Shown: piece by piece, positions 26,860 through 41,089 of the stretch | How positions within the stretch are numbered: position 1 is the first letter of the stretch | Layout: each line of letters opens with the position of its first letter | Assembly: GCA_951406725.2 (NCBI GenBank) | Contig: OX597820.1 | Span: 6,944,001-7,008,000 of the forward strand | DNA length: 64,000 nucleotides | From: Octopus vulgaris | Taxonomy: Eukaryota | Reading direction: 5' to 3' | Made by a program: the position numbers and the translations under genes | The notes under the pieces: generated by a model | What the model was told of the DNA's origin: nothing | Database searches by the model: none | Seen by the model: only the letters and a program-made list of their open reading frames with translations

Positions 26860-27130
26860 CATGTGTATATCGCAAAGCTACGATAGGCCGGTCATGTCAC
26901 AAGGCTCATAGACAGTCGGTGGAACCGTGCAGTTGTCGAGTGGTCCCTGCGCGAACGGACGAGAAGCCATTCAGAAGACCTCCAATCAGATGAGAAGATG
27001 ATGCAAGAAAGAAGTTTGGAGCAACGTGGAGGAGAATAGCGAATGCACGAAGGGAATGGAACAAGTACTGTGGCCAACGGAGCCGACTCGGCATCAAACA
27101 ATCTGACCGATTCAGGTGATCCAGGTGATC
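26860..27130 (+). mobile_element. RTE LINE 3' end
   Basis: RWNRAVVEW..RTDEKPFRRPPIR*EDDARKKFGATWRRIANARREW; caggtgatc tandem tail. Confidence 0.75.
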
Positions 27131-27139
27131 TCACACCGT

Positions 27140-27675
27140 TTCTCCTCCTTTGGATGCCTACACTTAGAATACTTGTGCCACACCAAACAAACATTACTAA
27201 AATTGAGCAACCCAGAGAGCAATCACTAAGAAACTAAAAGGCATGATTTGTCGTGCTTATTGGGACCAACTTAAAATCTTGAAACTTTATTCCCTCCAAC
27301 TCTACCGCGAGGGAGGGCAATATCATTTGCAAAATGCGGAGGATATACAACCAGCGTTGCTCAAATGACTTAAACATCAGACTTAGAACTTATCAAGAAT
27401 TGGGGCACGTGCTTACACTATTCGACCTCACAACACATACGTCCACTGCAACAAAATATTTTTTTGCTCTGTTTAACATGATCCCAAAGCAAGTCAAAGA
27501 AATGATCCCATCAGCCTCAAACTCAACCTGGACAAATTTGTAAAAAAACAAAAATACCAGATAGGCCACCTACACCTGGACACATCCCAGGCAACAAAAA
27601 CTCCCTATTTGAATGGGCCAATGTGACACAAAACCTGACTTGAATATGACTTAACAGATCTTATCAGATGGTGCT
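27140..27675 (+). mobile_element. CR1/Crack-like LINE 3' fragment
   Basis: KIEQPREQSL..YWDQLK.LKL..LFNMIPKQVKE..LNLDKF..KIPDRPPTPG. Confidence 0.7.
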
Positions 27676-27972
27676 ATATATGTATACATATACACATATA
27701 CATATGTATATATACACATATGTATATATATACATGTATACACATCTAAACATATATATATATACATGTATACACATATATATATACATATCTATACATC
27801 TATACATATATCTATACATATATACAAGCATATACACACATGTACACATATACACACATATCTTCATATATACATACATACATACATACACATATCTTCC
27901 TATATACATACATACATGCATATATACACATATATACTTCATATATATATGTACATACATATATACACATAT

Positions 27973-28045
<73 letters not shown>

Positions 28046-28585
28046 TATATACACACACATAGACCGTCTGTATTAATATGCGAAAATCATATTCATGCCT
28101 GCGTTTTCTAACTGGTTTGGCACTATGCATGTGTAATTTTTGTTGCACAAGTGTCGAATGGAGTTTGACTGTCGTCAAACTCCTACTAAGTATTAGACCC
28201 ACTTTCTTCATTACTTTTTCTTCAGTCAACGCTCGTTGTTTTTATTTGAAAACAATTTTAAACAATATGTGAACTTGTGATTGTAATGTGCGCATGAATA
28301 TGTGTTTCAACATTGGAGTATACTATCATTTCTCTGTACTGTACTATGAATGGAAATCGTTATATCGAACGCTGTCTGTATAGTTCAAGCCATGGAAAAA
28401 TGTATGAGTATATATATATATTCTACCAAATATATACGTTTTTATTATTATTCTGCAATTTACTTAATCATCGGTATATTATTATTGTTATTTTAATATT
28501 TCTATTATATGTAATTTTCTAGATGGTGTAATTTAATTGTGCATTTTGAATTAATAAAATGTTGTTTTTTTTTCTAATTTATATG

Positions 28586-28639
<54 letters not shown>

Positions 28640-30603
28640 TGTGTGTGCGCGCGCGTCCATGTACACTTAGTCTTTGAATGTGGGTGTGTATGAGTGTGTA
28701 GGTGTGTGTGCGTCTGTGTGTTTGCATGTGTGAGTAGTACATGTAATATATAGACCATTAGTAGAAACAGTATTAATCAAATAGTTCGTAACAAAAACAG
28801 AATTATTACCGAACAGAACCGAATTAAGGAAAGAACGGTTAAAAGAGCTTAGAGCTAAGTCCTGTGTCTTAAACCTTAATGTAATTGATCCTGGAGTATA
28901 AGAATTTACTAAACTGTCCATCTTGAGGATTAACAAACCGAAATAAAGTGAAACCTGCAAGCTCGTTGCATGTAAGATGCATCTACATGCAACTGTATTT
29001 AATCTGCATCTACATGCACCACTGTGCAGAAGCGGCGTAGCAATCTGACTTGCTAAGAAGATGACATTGTTTTCGATTCCACGTTCGCTTAGCTGTCATT
29101 TGAAACCGAAACTAAAATCCTAAAAGTCATGGCAGGCTTTTAAGTCTCCGTTATTAGTGCAAAAGTTGTCAAAATTCAGTGTGCTGCTACAGTTGGAACA
29201 TCGAGAAAATTCTAAGGAGATACAGAAGAGCAACATGCTAAAATTAAAACGATGCATTACATTTGAGAGGTGCTTCATGTGTCGATAAATTGTTTGATAA
29301 ACTGGCAAATGGCTTGTTAGATTGTTACGGCTCTTAACAGATCAGTGACAGATTGCTTCAAGTTATAAATCGATTTAAGATGGCGATATACAATATGAGA
29401 GTTATTACATTAATCAAATTACACCAATTGAATATGGTTCCTTAATATCGGCGGCTTCAATCACCAACAGCTTTCTCTTTCTCAATTGTTACATCATTAA
29501 CATTTCATAGTTTTACCCATCGTTAAGCAGCCAGTTCTTTATCCCTTCTTAATCTGCGAGAGGATAATAACGCACTACGCACGCACACACACACACACAC
29601 ATGCATGCATACACTTACTCAAGTACATGCATATGTAAGACATTTCTTTATCCCCTCGTAATTTCTCGTAAAACACTACACACACACAAGCACATACACA
29701 CAAAAACACACACAGAGAAGCACATATATACACATATGCATGCACACAAACACACACAAACACACCGACACACGCGCAATCACACATATAACGATAAATG
29801 TATTTCTTTACACACTTCAAATTCTTAGACATCTCTAAATTCATTTGTTTCCAATTCCTTCAGATTCTCGCAGAATCTTTAACCATTCTAATATATTGTC
29901 ACGATATTTATCGATCCATATTATCTTATGCTGGTGGTGTGGTGAATAAAGTTGGTTGCTTCAACTCCGAGTAATCGATACGCGATCACTTTTACTAAAG
30001 TTATCGACCCTCAAACGATAAAAAGTTAAATCGACACAGGCAGGGTTAGATCTCAAAATCTATATCTTACTTATGTAACACATTTTGTGCCATCGATAGC
30101 TGGAAGCTGTTTCATACTCACTGTTTCTGGTAATAATCCATTCTACCAAAGGCAGAAGGCCTGATATTTTTTAGGGGGGAGGGGCTAGTCGAATACATCG
30201 ATCCCAGTGTTCGACTAATATGTATTTTATCGACACCTCAACCCCAGGGGATTAAAGGTAAATCGATTTCGCCGGATTTACTCAGTACGTAAATACGGAC
30301 GAAAGGCCCCTGAGCATTCTATCCGTTTTACTAATGTTTCTGCCCTGTCTTAACTAAATCTACCACAAATAACACCTTAAGTAAAGAAAAATACACGTAG
30401 TACTACGAGATGGTCACCAGAGGAAGGCATTGGATCCCAATTCTGCGAAGTCGAGTTTAAACGACTTCCAAAAACATGAAAATGGATTATTTTTAATATT
30501 GTTTTAAAACTATGATTGGTAGAATCCAGAAGAACGCTTAAATTTCGAATATTGTGGGCGGCTGAGCAGAGGTACTGAAGATGTTTGTGTAGACATATTT
30601 GTA

Positions 30604-30835
30604 TATTTCTTTACTACCCACAAGGGGCTAAACATAGAGGGGACAAACAAGGACAGACAAACGAATTAAGTCGATTACATTGACCCCAGTGCGTAAATGG
30701 TACTTAATTTATCGACCCCGAAAGAATGAAAGGCAAAGTCGACCTCGGCGGAATTTGAACCCAGAACGTAACGGCAGACGAAATACGACTACGCATTTCG
30801 CCCGGCGTGCTAACGTTTCTGCCAGTTCGCCGCCT
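30604..30835 (-). mobile_element. SINE group A, full length with ~18-bp TSD
   Basis: Flanked by tgtgtagacatatttgta (30586) and tgtatagacatatttgta (30836). Confidence 0.9.
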
Positions 30836-30946
30836 TGTATAGACATATTTGTAGACAGAGTATTGTTTATGGGAAACAATTCTCACACATACAACCATGA
30901 CAACGTGCCCTTACTCCTGTATATATAGATAGACAGAGAATTTGAG

Positions 30947-31000
<54 letters not shown>

Positions 31001-31053
31001 TTGGGTGGACAGATTTATTGAGAGAGAGAGATACAATAGAATATAAAGTAGAC

Positions 31054-31218
31054 AGACGAAGGAGTGGCTGTGTGGTAAGTAGCTTGTTTACCAACCACAT
31101 GGTTCTGGGTTGAGTCCCACTGGGTGGATCTTGGGTAAGTGTCTTCTACTATAGCCTCGGGCCGACCAAAGCCTTGTGAGTGGATTTGGTAGACGGAAAC
31201 TGAAAGAAGCCTGTCGTA

Positions 31219-31277
<59 letters not shown>

Positions 31278-31487
31278 TTGTGTGTCTGTGTTTGTCCCCC
31301 TAGCATTGCTTGACAACCGATGCTGGTGTGTTTATGTCCCCGTTACTTGGCGGTTCGGCAAAAGAGACCAATAGAATAAGTACTGGGTTTACAAAAGAAT
31401 AAGTCCCGCGGTCGAGTTGCTCGATTGAAGGCGGTGCTCCAGCATGGCCGCAGTCCAATGACTGAAACAAGTAAAAGAGTAAAAGAG
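31054..31487 (+). mobile_element. SINE group B, full length and well preserved
   Basis: tRNA head, CORE-like cttgggtaagtgtctt, internal (TA)n(TG)n, (gtaaaaga)n tail. Confidence 0.92.
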
Positions 31488-32138
31488 AGACAGACAAACA
31501 GATAGATAGACAGAGGGGTTTAAAGACGACAGAGGGCGCATACGAAAAACTCATTTAGCTATTGTAATTTGCTAAAAGACAACCCATTGACCTTCACATC
31601 TTACATTAATCTTTCTCGTACACAAAATCGCTCTCTCTCTCCTTTCTGTTTCTCTCATTTTCTCTCGTTCTCCGTTTCTCTCTCTTTCCCCATTTTTCTC
31701 TTGTCCTTTCTCTCTCCTTCTTCCGCCAGCCTTTCTCTCTCTCTATTTAGAAATTGTGTTAATTGTGATGTGGCACAATTTCAGCATAAACCATTTTACA
31801 ATTAGCACCAAACTATGGTGAAGTGGCACCTTGCCAAACTAGCACCTTACTCGGTGTTGACTCAACTTCTTTGAGAAAACCTTCAGAAACGACCAACTTC
31901 ATGTCTCCATCTCACTGGAAGTTATATATTTACAGTGTTTCTTGCTTATTCCGAATCCTATTAATCTGTTTTACATCCCTTCCCCCTTTACCCGTCCCCC
32001 CTCCACCTCTTATGTCATCCTCCTCTTAATATCACTTTCCACCTTTCTTTTTCTCCCCACCTCTCCCTCACACATACACACCCGAACACAGACCACGAAC
32101 TCATTTTCTTGTGCTATTTTCTCTTTTATATATATATA

Positions 32139-32174
<36 letters not shown>

Positions 32175-32175
<1 letters not shown>

Positions 32176-32490
32176 AAGACGCATGGCTCAGAGGCTAGAG
32201 CATCGAGCTTAGGAACGGGAGGTTGTGAGTTCGAATCTCAGACCGGGCTGCGGGTTGTGTTCTTGAGCAAGACACTTTATTTCACGTTGCTTCAGTTTAC
32301 TCTGCTGTAGAAATAAGTTGCGACGTTATTTGGTGCCAAGCTTGGATAACATCGGTGGCGTAGAGAGTGGGGATTAGTATGCATGGGTGACTACTGGTCT
32401 TCCATAAACAACCTTGCCCGGATTTGTGCCTCGGAGGGTAACTTTCTAGGTGCAATCCCATGGTTATTCGTGACTGAAGGGGGTCTCCGA
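32175..32490 (+). mobile_element. SINE group C variant
   Basis: gcatggctcagaggctagagc...gagttcgaatc...gttcttgagcaagacact...tgactgaagggggtct; homologous to 50418-50725. Confidence 0.85.
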
Positions 32491-32509
32491 ATATATATAT
32501 ATATATATA

Positions 32510-32956
32510 TGAAGTATCAGCAGCTCTAGAATAAAGATATTGTTACATACATATGCTAATTAAAGCCATGGACAGGCGAGATAACTCATTCTCAATCCCA
32601 TTTGGGAGTGATGGACATCCACGTTTCGCCGGTCTTGTGGCTTACCAACACCACCTACCCACCTAGGTTGAAGGCAAGTCAGCTAGCCAGGTCAATGCCT
32701 TATATATATGCTCATAGTTTGTAAAATCATGAGCTGGTATGCCCAGAAGTTGCATACCTAAGGGAATATTTACATATGAAGTAAAAGCAGCTCAGTCTTG
32801 TAAATATTGTTAAATACATATATAAATGTATAAGCTTCGGGTATTTTCCCGTCGCCGAGAATACAACTCTCACGATTCCGGTGTTAATACACCTTAGAGC
32901 CGTGGACGAGATAACTCACCCTCAATCTCATTTGCGAGTGATGGCCATCGACGTCC
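32510..32956 (-). mobile_element. Tandem PLE-like terminal repeats with a decayed hammerhead (same family as 21735-22318)
   Basis: cgagataactca..ctcaatc.catttg.gagtgatgg repeats at about 32577 and 32908; minus strand TTGGTAA-gcc..ggc-GAAAC-GT at 32615-32655. Confidence 0.6.
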
Positions 32957-32990
<34 letters not shown>

Positions 32991-33253
32991 GGGGAGAGAG
33001 AGAGAGAGATAAAAACGGTAAGATAACAAAAGAAAGAAAAAAACCTCGATATTATGTATATAGAGGAATATATATATATATATATATATATATGTATTTC
33101 CCTCACGGGCTACTTTTTACTGGAAGGCAATACTTTGTATTGCATTACTGATATTTTGAAACTTCTTCACCGTTTCTCGTACTGTTAGCGTTCCGCATTT
33201 CAGTCGAGTGTGTTAGTATTAATGTGGTAACATCGTAGATTTTGTCTAGGTAT

Positions 33254-33331
33254 ATGTTTGGCTGAAGAAGGTAAAGCAAAATATGAGTGAGAGACATATC
33301 TTGCAAAACCTGAAACCTGCAGGCACCACAT
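33254..33331 (+). ncRNA. Hammerhead motif with extended helix II (U16.1 mutated)
   Basis: tgg-CTGAAGA-aggt..gcaaaatatg/catatcttgc..acct-GAAAC-CTGCAG-GCA-cca. Confidence 0.6.
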
Positions 33332-33547
33332 TATCCATTTTCCGGGTGTTTCATCTTTCAGATGTTCTCCCTGGAGGTAAGACGGTTTTTTTTTCTCTAT
33401 TTTGTTGCACACACGCATTTTTGCTAATACATACGCGGTGAAGCTACACATTAGCGTCGTATTTTTACGTTCGCTATTTCCAGTAAATATCGGTACTTAG
33501 TTGTGCCATTTATTTACTAATTTGTATATATATATATATGGTACTAC

Positions 33548-34310
33548 TTAACTGGTCGCAAGGTGATCTCCGACATGCAGTTGCTAGCTTTGCTGCCGGG
33601 GTTGTCGAGTGGTGCCGAGTGCTGTAAAGACTGAGACATTAGTCTCCTCAAAAAAGCCAACGCAATGCACTCTGCATATGAGTGGTGTTCCACTGAAGCT
33701 GAGTTTCGATTACCCGAGGCTGCTTTCACGACTGGTAGAAGGCAGGAGGCTGAAATTAGTACCACAACTGCCGTACCTGCTGGTGCAATAATGAACCCGC
33801 TTCAGCATTCAGTCATGAAAAGGCAGGTAAGTGCAAAAGCCAAATACACTGTTACCAATTCGGTTTTCGTGTCTACCCTTCCATGTTGTCATTAATCTTG
33901 GGTAATGACCCCAAAACATACAATCGTGAATACAAGTGGCCAGGATAGCGATCGACCGTCTGGTCTTTGGTGTAACGTTACTCGATAGAGAGAGATCAGA
34001 GAGGCACCTTAGGTTGAGCCACTGCTTCTACGAATTGCGAAATCACAGATCCGATACTATGGACATGTGGTAAGAATGTCTCAGGAAGGAATGGCTGGAC
34101 AAGGTTTGCAGCCAGAACCAACCTGGAGGAGATCCAGAGACAGACCGCCGACAATATTGTTGGATAACATCCAGGAACTTGCTTGGGGAGCCAGCTGGAT
34201 CAACTGGAGGCGGTTTCTTCTGACATGATCCGATGGAATGCATACTTGAGGAGACTTCCTCCACGACTCTCCCAGGATATCAAGTGGGCGAAACTGAGAT
34301 GAAATGAGAT
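33548..34310 (+). mobile_element. RTE-clade (Expander/Rex3-like) LINE 3' fragment
   Basis: KTETLVSSKKPTQCTLHMSGVPLK..AGAIMNPLQHSVMKRQVSAKAK..SWVMT..IRYYGHVVRM..RPPTILLDNIQ. Confidence 0.85.
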
Positions 34311-34347
34311 TGCATGAATTAAGAATAGATCAATGGAAAGGCATCAG

Positions 34348-34400
<53 letters not shown>

Positions 34401-35249
34401 ACACAACGGTGCACACACACTTAAATACACACGCACACCCAACTGATCTTGAGATGTCCTTCCTTAATTGAACTGCTATATTCGGCAGTTCAGGCAGCTG
34501 CAAAGATGCTCCCAGGTTGCCACGTTGTACTCTCCTACACTATAGCCGTTGATGGTGCTATGGTTACCATTCTTGCTGTTTGTGTTCTTGGCATTTAGTC
34601 CCAGGCCCAGCCAAATTCATAGCCATCATCCCTGGTGTTCTTGCTGTGAAGATGCCATCTTTAGTTCTCATCAGCTACCGATAATTTGTGTCTTAATGGT
34701 TGCCAATCTCTACCCAAAGGATTCAAGGCTTATTTAAAGAAGAGGCAAACTTTGATAATTCCATTTGAAAACGGTAAACAGAAATATTTAGTTTGATAGA
34801 AATTAGGAATAATTAATATTTGCATAAAAGCATTTCAATTTAGCTTTTGTTAGCAATTGTTTGCACATTGAAGCCTATAACAGAGTCTGTATGTACGTTT
34901 GTGTGTGTGTATCTAAGTATCTAACTATCTATCTATCTATCTGTCTGTTTGTCAATAAATATATAAATATATGTAAATATAAGCGTCTGTGTGTGTGTGT
35001 ATATATATATATGTGTGTGTGTGCATATATCTATATATATATATTCACATATGCATATTTAAATATTTGTATGTGTGTGTGTGTGCGTGTGTGTGTGTAT
35101 ATATATATATATATATTTATATATAGTATGTACGTATATATTTTAGCGCGTACATATATATACATACAGGCAAAATAACGGAGACAGAGGCATATCTGTG
35201 ATTGTGTTTTTGTGTATCATATACAAATAAATATATACATATTTGCTTT

Positions 35250-35600
35250 TGGGACAAAATCCTATGTACAGATGCTCCCCAACACCACAGAACATTGATC
35301 CAATGAAAGTGTTGAGAAAGAATTTGTTGGCAAGCTTGCGAACTAACAAGTTCCTCACTAAATTGCGAAAAGGCAAAGATGAAGTCTTTTGGTCAAATAA
35401 CATGACACTATTACATCCCATCTTTAGTGACTGGTCATACATGAACGAAGATTGGATAAAAGAGGGATAAGAAGACCAAGAAGGGGTGATTGAGCAACAT
35501 GAATAGACAAACAGGCAGGAAGATGCTGGAACACTTGAGATTGGCTGATAACCAAAGTAAATAAAGAGAGAATGTTGCATTCCCCGCTAACAAATATGGA
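35250..35600 (+). mobile_element. RTE LINE 3' fragment
   Basis: KMKSFGQIT*HY..LSNMNRQTGRKMLEHLRLADNQSK*R. Confidence 0.6.
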
Positions 35601-35744
35601 CCCACTTCGATATCATTGTTGATGTATCTATACAAGAATGATTGTATGAACAAATATATCTTTATAAACATACGTGTATGCATACACACACGTACAAATA
35701 CACACAGACACAGATACAGACACATACGAACAGACATACGCACG

Positions 35745-35778
<34 letters not shown>

Positions 35779-36037
35779 GAGGCAAATCAGAAATAAATAA
35801 AAAAAGAACAAGGGAAAACAGCGAAAATCAATTGCACGCATACCGTGAATATATGAGAGGAACGCTGAGTGAAAGTATTAGTGATGGAAATATGGGAATT
35901 CCGTTTCGAGCATGGTTCTTCGTCGGAAAGAAGAAAATGTCCAGAGGGGAGGAAAACAAGGAGAAATACTCGCCATGCTGGACCCCTGAAATCTACAAGT
36001 TTCTTTTCATTCTTTCCCTGTTTGTTTCCTCGTGTTG

Positions 36038-36073
36038 CTTTCTGTTGAAGAGCGTAGGCTCGAAACGTAAAAG
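36038..36073 (+). ncRNA. Minimal hammerhead-like motif in a PLE tail (35970-36165)
   Basis: cttt-CTGTTGA-a-gagc-gtag-gctc-GAAAC-GTA-aaag; A6 substituted. Confidence 0.55.
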
Positions 36074-36180
36074 ACTTTCTCACCTTCCCGAGCGTCAAAC
36101 TAATACACCTGCTTGTTGTTCATACACCTGTCTTCGTCTTTTGTTTTTATATAAATTTCAAATATACGTGTGTGTGTTTG

Positions 36181-36311
<131 letters not shown>

Positions 36312-36583
36312 ATATATAAACCATAAAGAAAATATATATATAGATAGAGAGCGAGATAGATAGACGGATAGATAGATAGATAGACAGATTTAAATGTGTA
36401 TCGGGGACAGACAACAAGAGTACGAGATGAGTAGATACACGGTTTATTGAAAGAAGTCTGTCCGCGTGGGTATGTATGTATGTATTATTGTGGTAATCAG
36501 CAAAGATGAGTTTCTTACTGACGTGTATATATATATAAATCATGTAGATATATAGATAGATAGAGAGAGAGAGAAAAGTATAC

Positions 36584-36645
<62 letters not shown>

Positions 36646-37843
36646 GTATACAGGAGAGAACTGAAGAGGTGTGTAGGTGAGCGTGGAAAAACACATAATC
36701 GAAACACGACAAGATGAAACATGGAACGGAAAGGAAATGGAGCAAGTCTAGAAGCAAAATTTATTAGGAGTTACTGATACGAAACAGAAACTCTGCCATA
36801 ATTGCTGACTACCACTGTGGTATATGCATACATACGTACCTACACACACACTCTTTCCCTCTCTCTAGCATACACACACACACATATTAGTGAATCTCTT
36901 ATAACATGCATATATAGAAAAAAAACCCATTTCTCTACTGTACATTTCTGTTTGTTGTGTGTATATATCAATGTGATAGAATTTGTATGTGCGTGAATAT
37001 GTTGCTGTGTGGTTTTGTGCAAATCTCTCTATATGTCTCTGTGTCTTTGTAGCTGTCTGTTTGGTTGTATAAGTGAAAGCTTTTCTATGCGTATGTGTGT
37101 GTGTGTGTTAGAGCGGATGTCTAATTGCCACTTCCTGTACGTTTGTGTTTTCGTGTATGTCTGTATATATGAAAGTGTCTGCAGATGTATATATATGTTT
37201 CTGTCTGTGCGTGCTTGTGTATGTCTAAATATAGAAGGATACAGGACTATACATATATTAATTATATGCTCATATAGCATTTATCTTCGAGTTTAATTAA
37301 TTTTTTTCTTAATTTTATTTGAAGAAGCAATTAGTGTTCCGGAGTTAATTTACTTCTAATTTTGCAAATTAAAATGAAAATATACCAAAAATATGACATC
37401 TAGTAATACTGTCTCTAAGAAACAAACATAATCAGACATCGGAATTATCTTTAAATATTTATTAAAGTTTATGTTAAACAAACAAACTCCTATTGTACTG
37501 TTGCTTTTTAAATACGTCTTGCATTTGGAGTTGTCATTAATAATCTGCAGTGAATATATTACACAAAACACACTTATTCTACTATAGTAATACACTAAGA
37601 GGTCAGGCCGTATGCTGTACATGATCGTTTTGACTCAAGATGGGTTCACATTTCGATTCTGCCGCCTATCACCTGGAGTAGGTTTCTTTTACTATATACG
37701 CAACTCGTGCAAAATATTTTTACGTGGATTTAGAAGATCGTTTGCGATTGGTTCACACTTCATCAGGATTGATCAGTCCCATAATTGAAAGTACGTGATC
37801 CAACTCACCTCAGGTAATGCTGTTGTTTACTTTCGGCTTAACA

Positions 37844-37883
37844 GTCACTGAGGAGACGAATCTAAGTCGAAATATCATCTGGC
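37844..37883 (+). ncRNA. Minimal hammerhead motif; decayed paralogue at 38230-38276
   Basis: gtca-CTGAGGA-gac-loop-gtc-GAAA-t-atc-ATC-tggc. Confidence 0.6.
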
Positions 37884-37984
37884 GATCCACCTGTATTCTG
37901 ACCGAAGACCGTGTTTTTAACTCACAAGACACATTGAGAAGTTTCTCAGGAACAAACTATTAGAGCTAGAACTCTTATATTTTT

Positions 37985-38025
37985 ACTAGCACTATGACCC
38001 GGCAACGTCGGGTCATACTGCTAGT
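37985..38025. mobile_element. 41-bp palindrome with CTAGT at both ends (Helitron 3'-end-like hairpin)
   Basis: actagcactatgacccggc-aac-gtcgggtcatactgctagt. Confidence 0.5.
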
Positions 38026-38734
38026 GCATGCATTTACAGATGCGTGCGGGTGCACATACACGCGCGTAATGTCCAAATCTCCGAGATATAAGACTGTTTC
38101 TTTTGCGTATATTTAATCTAACTCTAGCTTCGCCAGCATTCACGCAAATCAGTCAACCATTTTTTTTGTTTACTGATTTCTATGTTGGAACATGCATTTA
38201 TAAGTTTTAGCTCAGAACATCCGAGGTATTCGTCACTGAGGGGATGAAATCAAGTCTAATCGGAGTGCCTGGTGATCCACCGGCAATTTGAATGAAGCCG
38301 TGGGTCTTGAACTAATTTATTTTCAGAGACTAAATATTTCTAAAACTAAATATTACACCCTGTGTCGTTTGTATACATACATGTGTATCTGTGTGTGTGT
38401 GTGTATAAACCGTTATTCTAATTCTCTCTATATAACTGTTTTTCTTAATCCAGAGATAAAACGTCGTATTGTTTGGCAATCACAGGTCCGTCAGTGGTTA
38501 TCATGGTCATATATTTTAATGCGAATGTTGCTCATGAATGCGTAGATAGGAAGAGAGATTCGTAGAGTTTCAGTTGTGTTGAGGATATGGAACGGTTTAG
38601 ATGCTGGGTTTAGGACGAGATTTCGAAAGCATTGATATGGAATTTGGAAGTGAAAAAGTATGAGAGATGACGAGTGGACGAGAGTAAAGTTGTTTCCCAC
38701 GATGTAAATGACAAACACAGTGTAGGACAACTGG

Positions 38735-38871
38735 AGTGATGAGTGGAAAGTAAAACCTTGATTGATGATTAACAAGAATGACACTATCTTGTGTTTGACT
38801 GATGTCTTATTTTATCAGCCATGTCATTCTTGTTAATGATCAATCAAGATTTTACCGTTCCACTCATCACT
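38735..38871. repeat. Inverted repeat, ~49-bp arms, 38-bp spacer
   Basis: agtgatgagtggaa..aacaagaatgaca / tgtcattcttgtt..ttccactcatcact. Confidence 0.85.
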
Positions 38872-39178
38872 AGTTTAGGGTTCAAAAGCCCTCAGCTCTT
38901 CAATGCGCTGTCACAAATTTTAAGTAATCTGGTTAAAGTGGGTAAAGATGTCTTCAAAAAGGAATTAGACATCCTCCTCTCCACAATACCGGATGAACCA
39001 ACAGCCCGGCATGAGGTGCAGACGAGGACAGCAGAATCAAACACTCTTATACACCAAATGGGAAAAATATCTGGGACAAAGGCACATACAGGTGTGAGGA
39101 CGTGAAACACACCAGACTGAGGAAATCAGAAAGACCACAGGACCGCAGTCGCATGGCTCAAACGAGTAAAAGAGTAAT
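38872..39178 (+). mobile_element. CR1/Crack-like LINE 3' end
   Basis: SLGFKSPQLFNALSQILSNLVKVGKDVFKKELDILLSTIPDEP..AESNTLIHQ, then a gagtaaaagag tail. Confidence 0.8.
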
Positions 39179-39184
39179 TAACAG

Positions 39185-39420
39185 AGTACTCCACAGGCGC
39201 ACGTGTTCTTATAGTTCTCAGGGATTTTCAGCATGACACAGAATGTGACAAGGCTGACCCCTACGAATTACTGGTACCACTCATTTTTGGTAGCTGAGTG
39301 GGCTGCAGCAACGTGAAACAATGTATCTCGCTGGAGGACACAACACGCTGCCAGGTACCGAACTCAGGAGCTTGTGATTGTGAGCCGGATGCGCGAACCA
39401 CAGACCCACGTGTCTTCACT
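39185..39420 (-). mobile_element. SINE group C
   Basis: Homologous to 1524-1852. Confidence 0.75.
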
Positions 39421-39869
39421 ACACAATCCCATGCACAACACCAAAGTGCAAGAAACAGAAGCGCAAACATCCATTTATACAATCGCACAATAAGAAAGAA
39501 CACCAGAAGTACAAAAGAACACAAAAACTAAGCATACATCCACACACACGGGATAAGAAAAAATATCAAAGGAAATCTTCCGAAATTATCTCATTTTGGA
39601 GCTAAATCAAAGAGAACGTGAGTGTTGGGGCAGAAGGAGAGGGATTTGTGCAGAAAGTCTGATGGACTTAGCATCAGAATCCACTTAGATGTGACTAGTT
39701 AAAGATTATGTTAAAGACGGGAAGCTTCAAGGCGAAAACTATTCTAGCAATTTGAAGGCAAAGAGGGGAATTTATTATCCAGAGAACTGTCATATGTTTA
39801 GCTACGATTTGTACACGATTTATGCAGCCTTCCATACACACACACACATATTCACACGTATGTATGTAT

Positions 39870-39905
<36 letters not shown>

Positions 39906-40992
39906 TTATATGTATGTATGTACGGATATACATATATATGTATATACGGATAGATATATGTATATATGGATGTATTTATGTATATATGAATGTATGTATG
40001 TATATATGAATGTATGTATGTATATATGATATATGAATGTATGTATATATATATATATATGTATGTATATCAAGAGAACCAGAGAGAGTGAGAGGAGGGC
40101 CTGTAGTTATTCGAATGTTTGAATGTGAGCATATAGTGCATATTCTCACATTGTTTGTGATGTTAATGCTTTTATTGTTGTATATATATATATATGTGTG
40201 TGTATACATAATTATATCAGTATTTGTGTTTACCTCTATTTATGTGAATAAAAATATGATGTACTATTTGTAAACACATATTGACAATGCGTGTTTCAGC
40301 ACTTACACGCATATATGTAGCATATACAATATAATTTCAATGACGCACCAGATATATATTAAATATATATATATATATGCATACTTATATGAGAAAATAT
40401 GTTTGTAAGGGCGTGTACGTATGTATATGTGTATGTGTGAATCGTCGTTCGCTTCTAATTGTGTGCGAAAGAGTAAAGACGGAAATACGACGAAGAAATT
40501 AACTGTAAACATGTATTGCTTACACTTAGAAAATTATTCAAAAGAGCAATTGAAAATAGCGAACGCACTCACAACACGACGCATATATACATCTACATAC
40601 ATATCCACACATGTACTGCACGTCTACATATATGTACATAGGCTTATATACAGACGAAGATTTATACACATGTGCACATACATATACAAATGCACACGAT
40701 CATATGTGGTATACTACATAGATCAACATGTGCACATATAGATATATATATACACATGCATATATATAATTAAAATTTCGCATGTATATGAACTTATTCT
40801 TATATAGGTATATATACAAACATACATACATACATACCTACCAACTAACATACATATATATTTATGCATATGTATATATATATACATACATATAACTATT
40901 CGTGCGTATACGTAAACAAGTACATATTATACAACATTCATATACACAATTTTACACATAGGCACACATGCAGAGACACAAACACACGCATA

Positions 40993-41089
<97 letters not shown>

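Noticed and set aside
33563-33832. Apparent exon with a strong AG-GTAAGT donor
   Set aside because: Lies inside a recognisable RTE RT remnant
36655-36712. CTGAAGA...GAAAC hammerhead-like spacing
   Set aside because: No UH triplet and no helix I complementarity
37725-37772. Minus-strand CTGATGA...AAAC-GATC
   Set aside because: G12 missing and helix I does not pair; possibly a relic but not supportable
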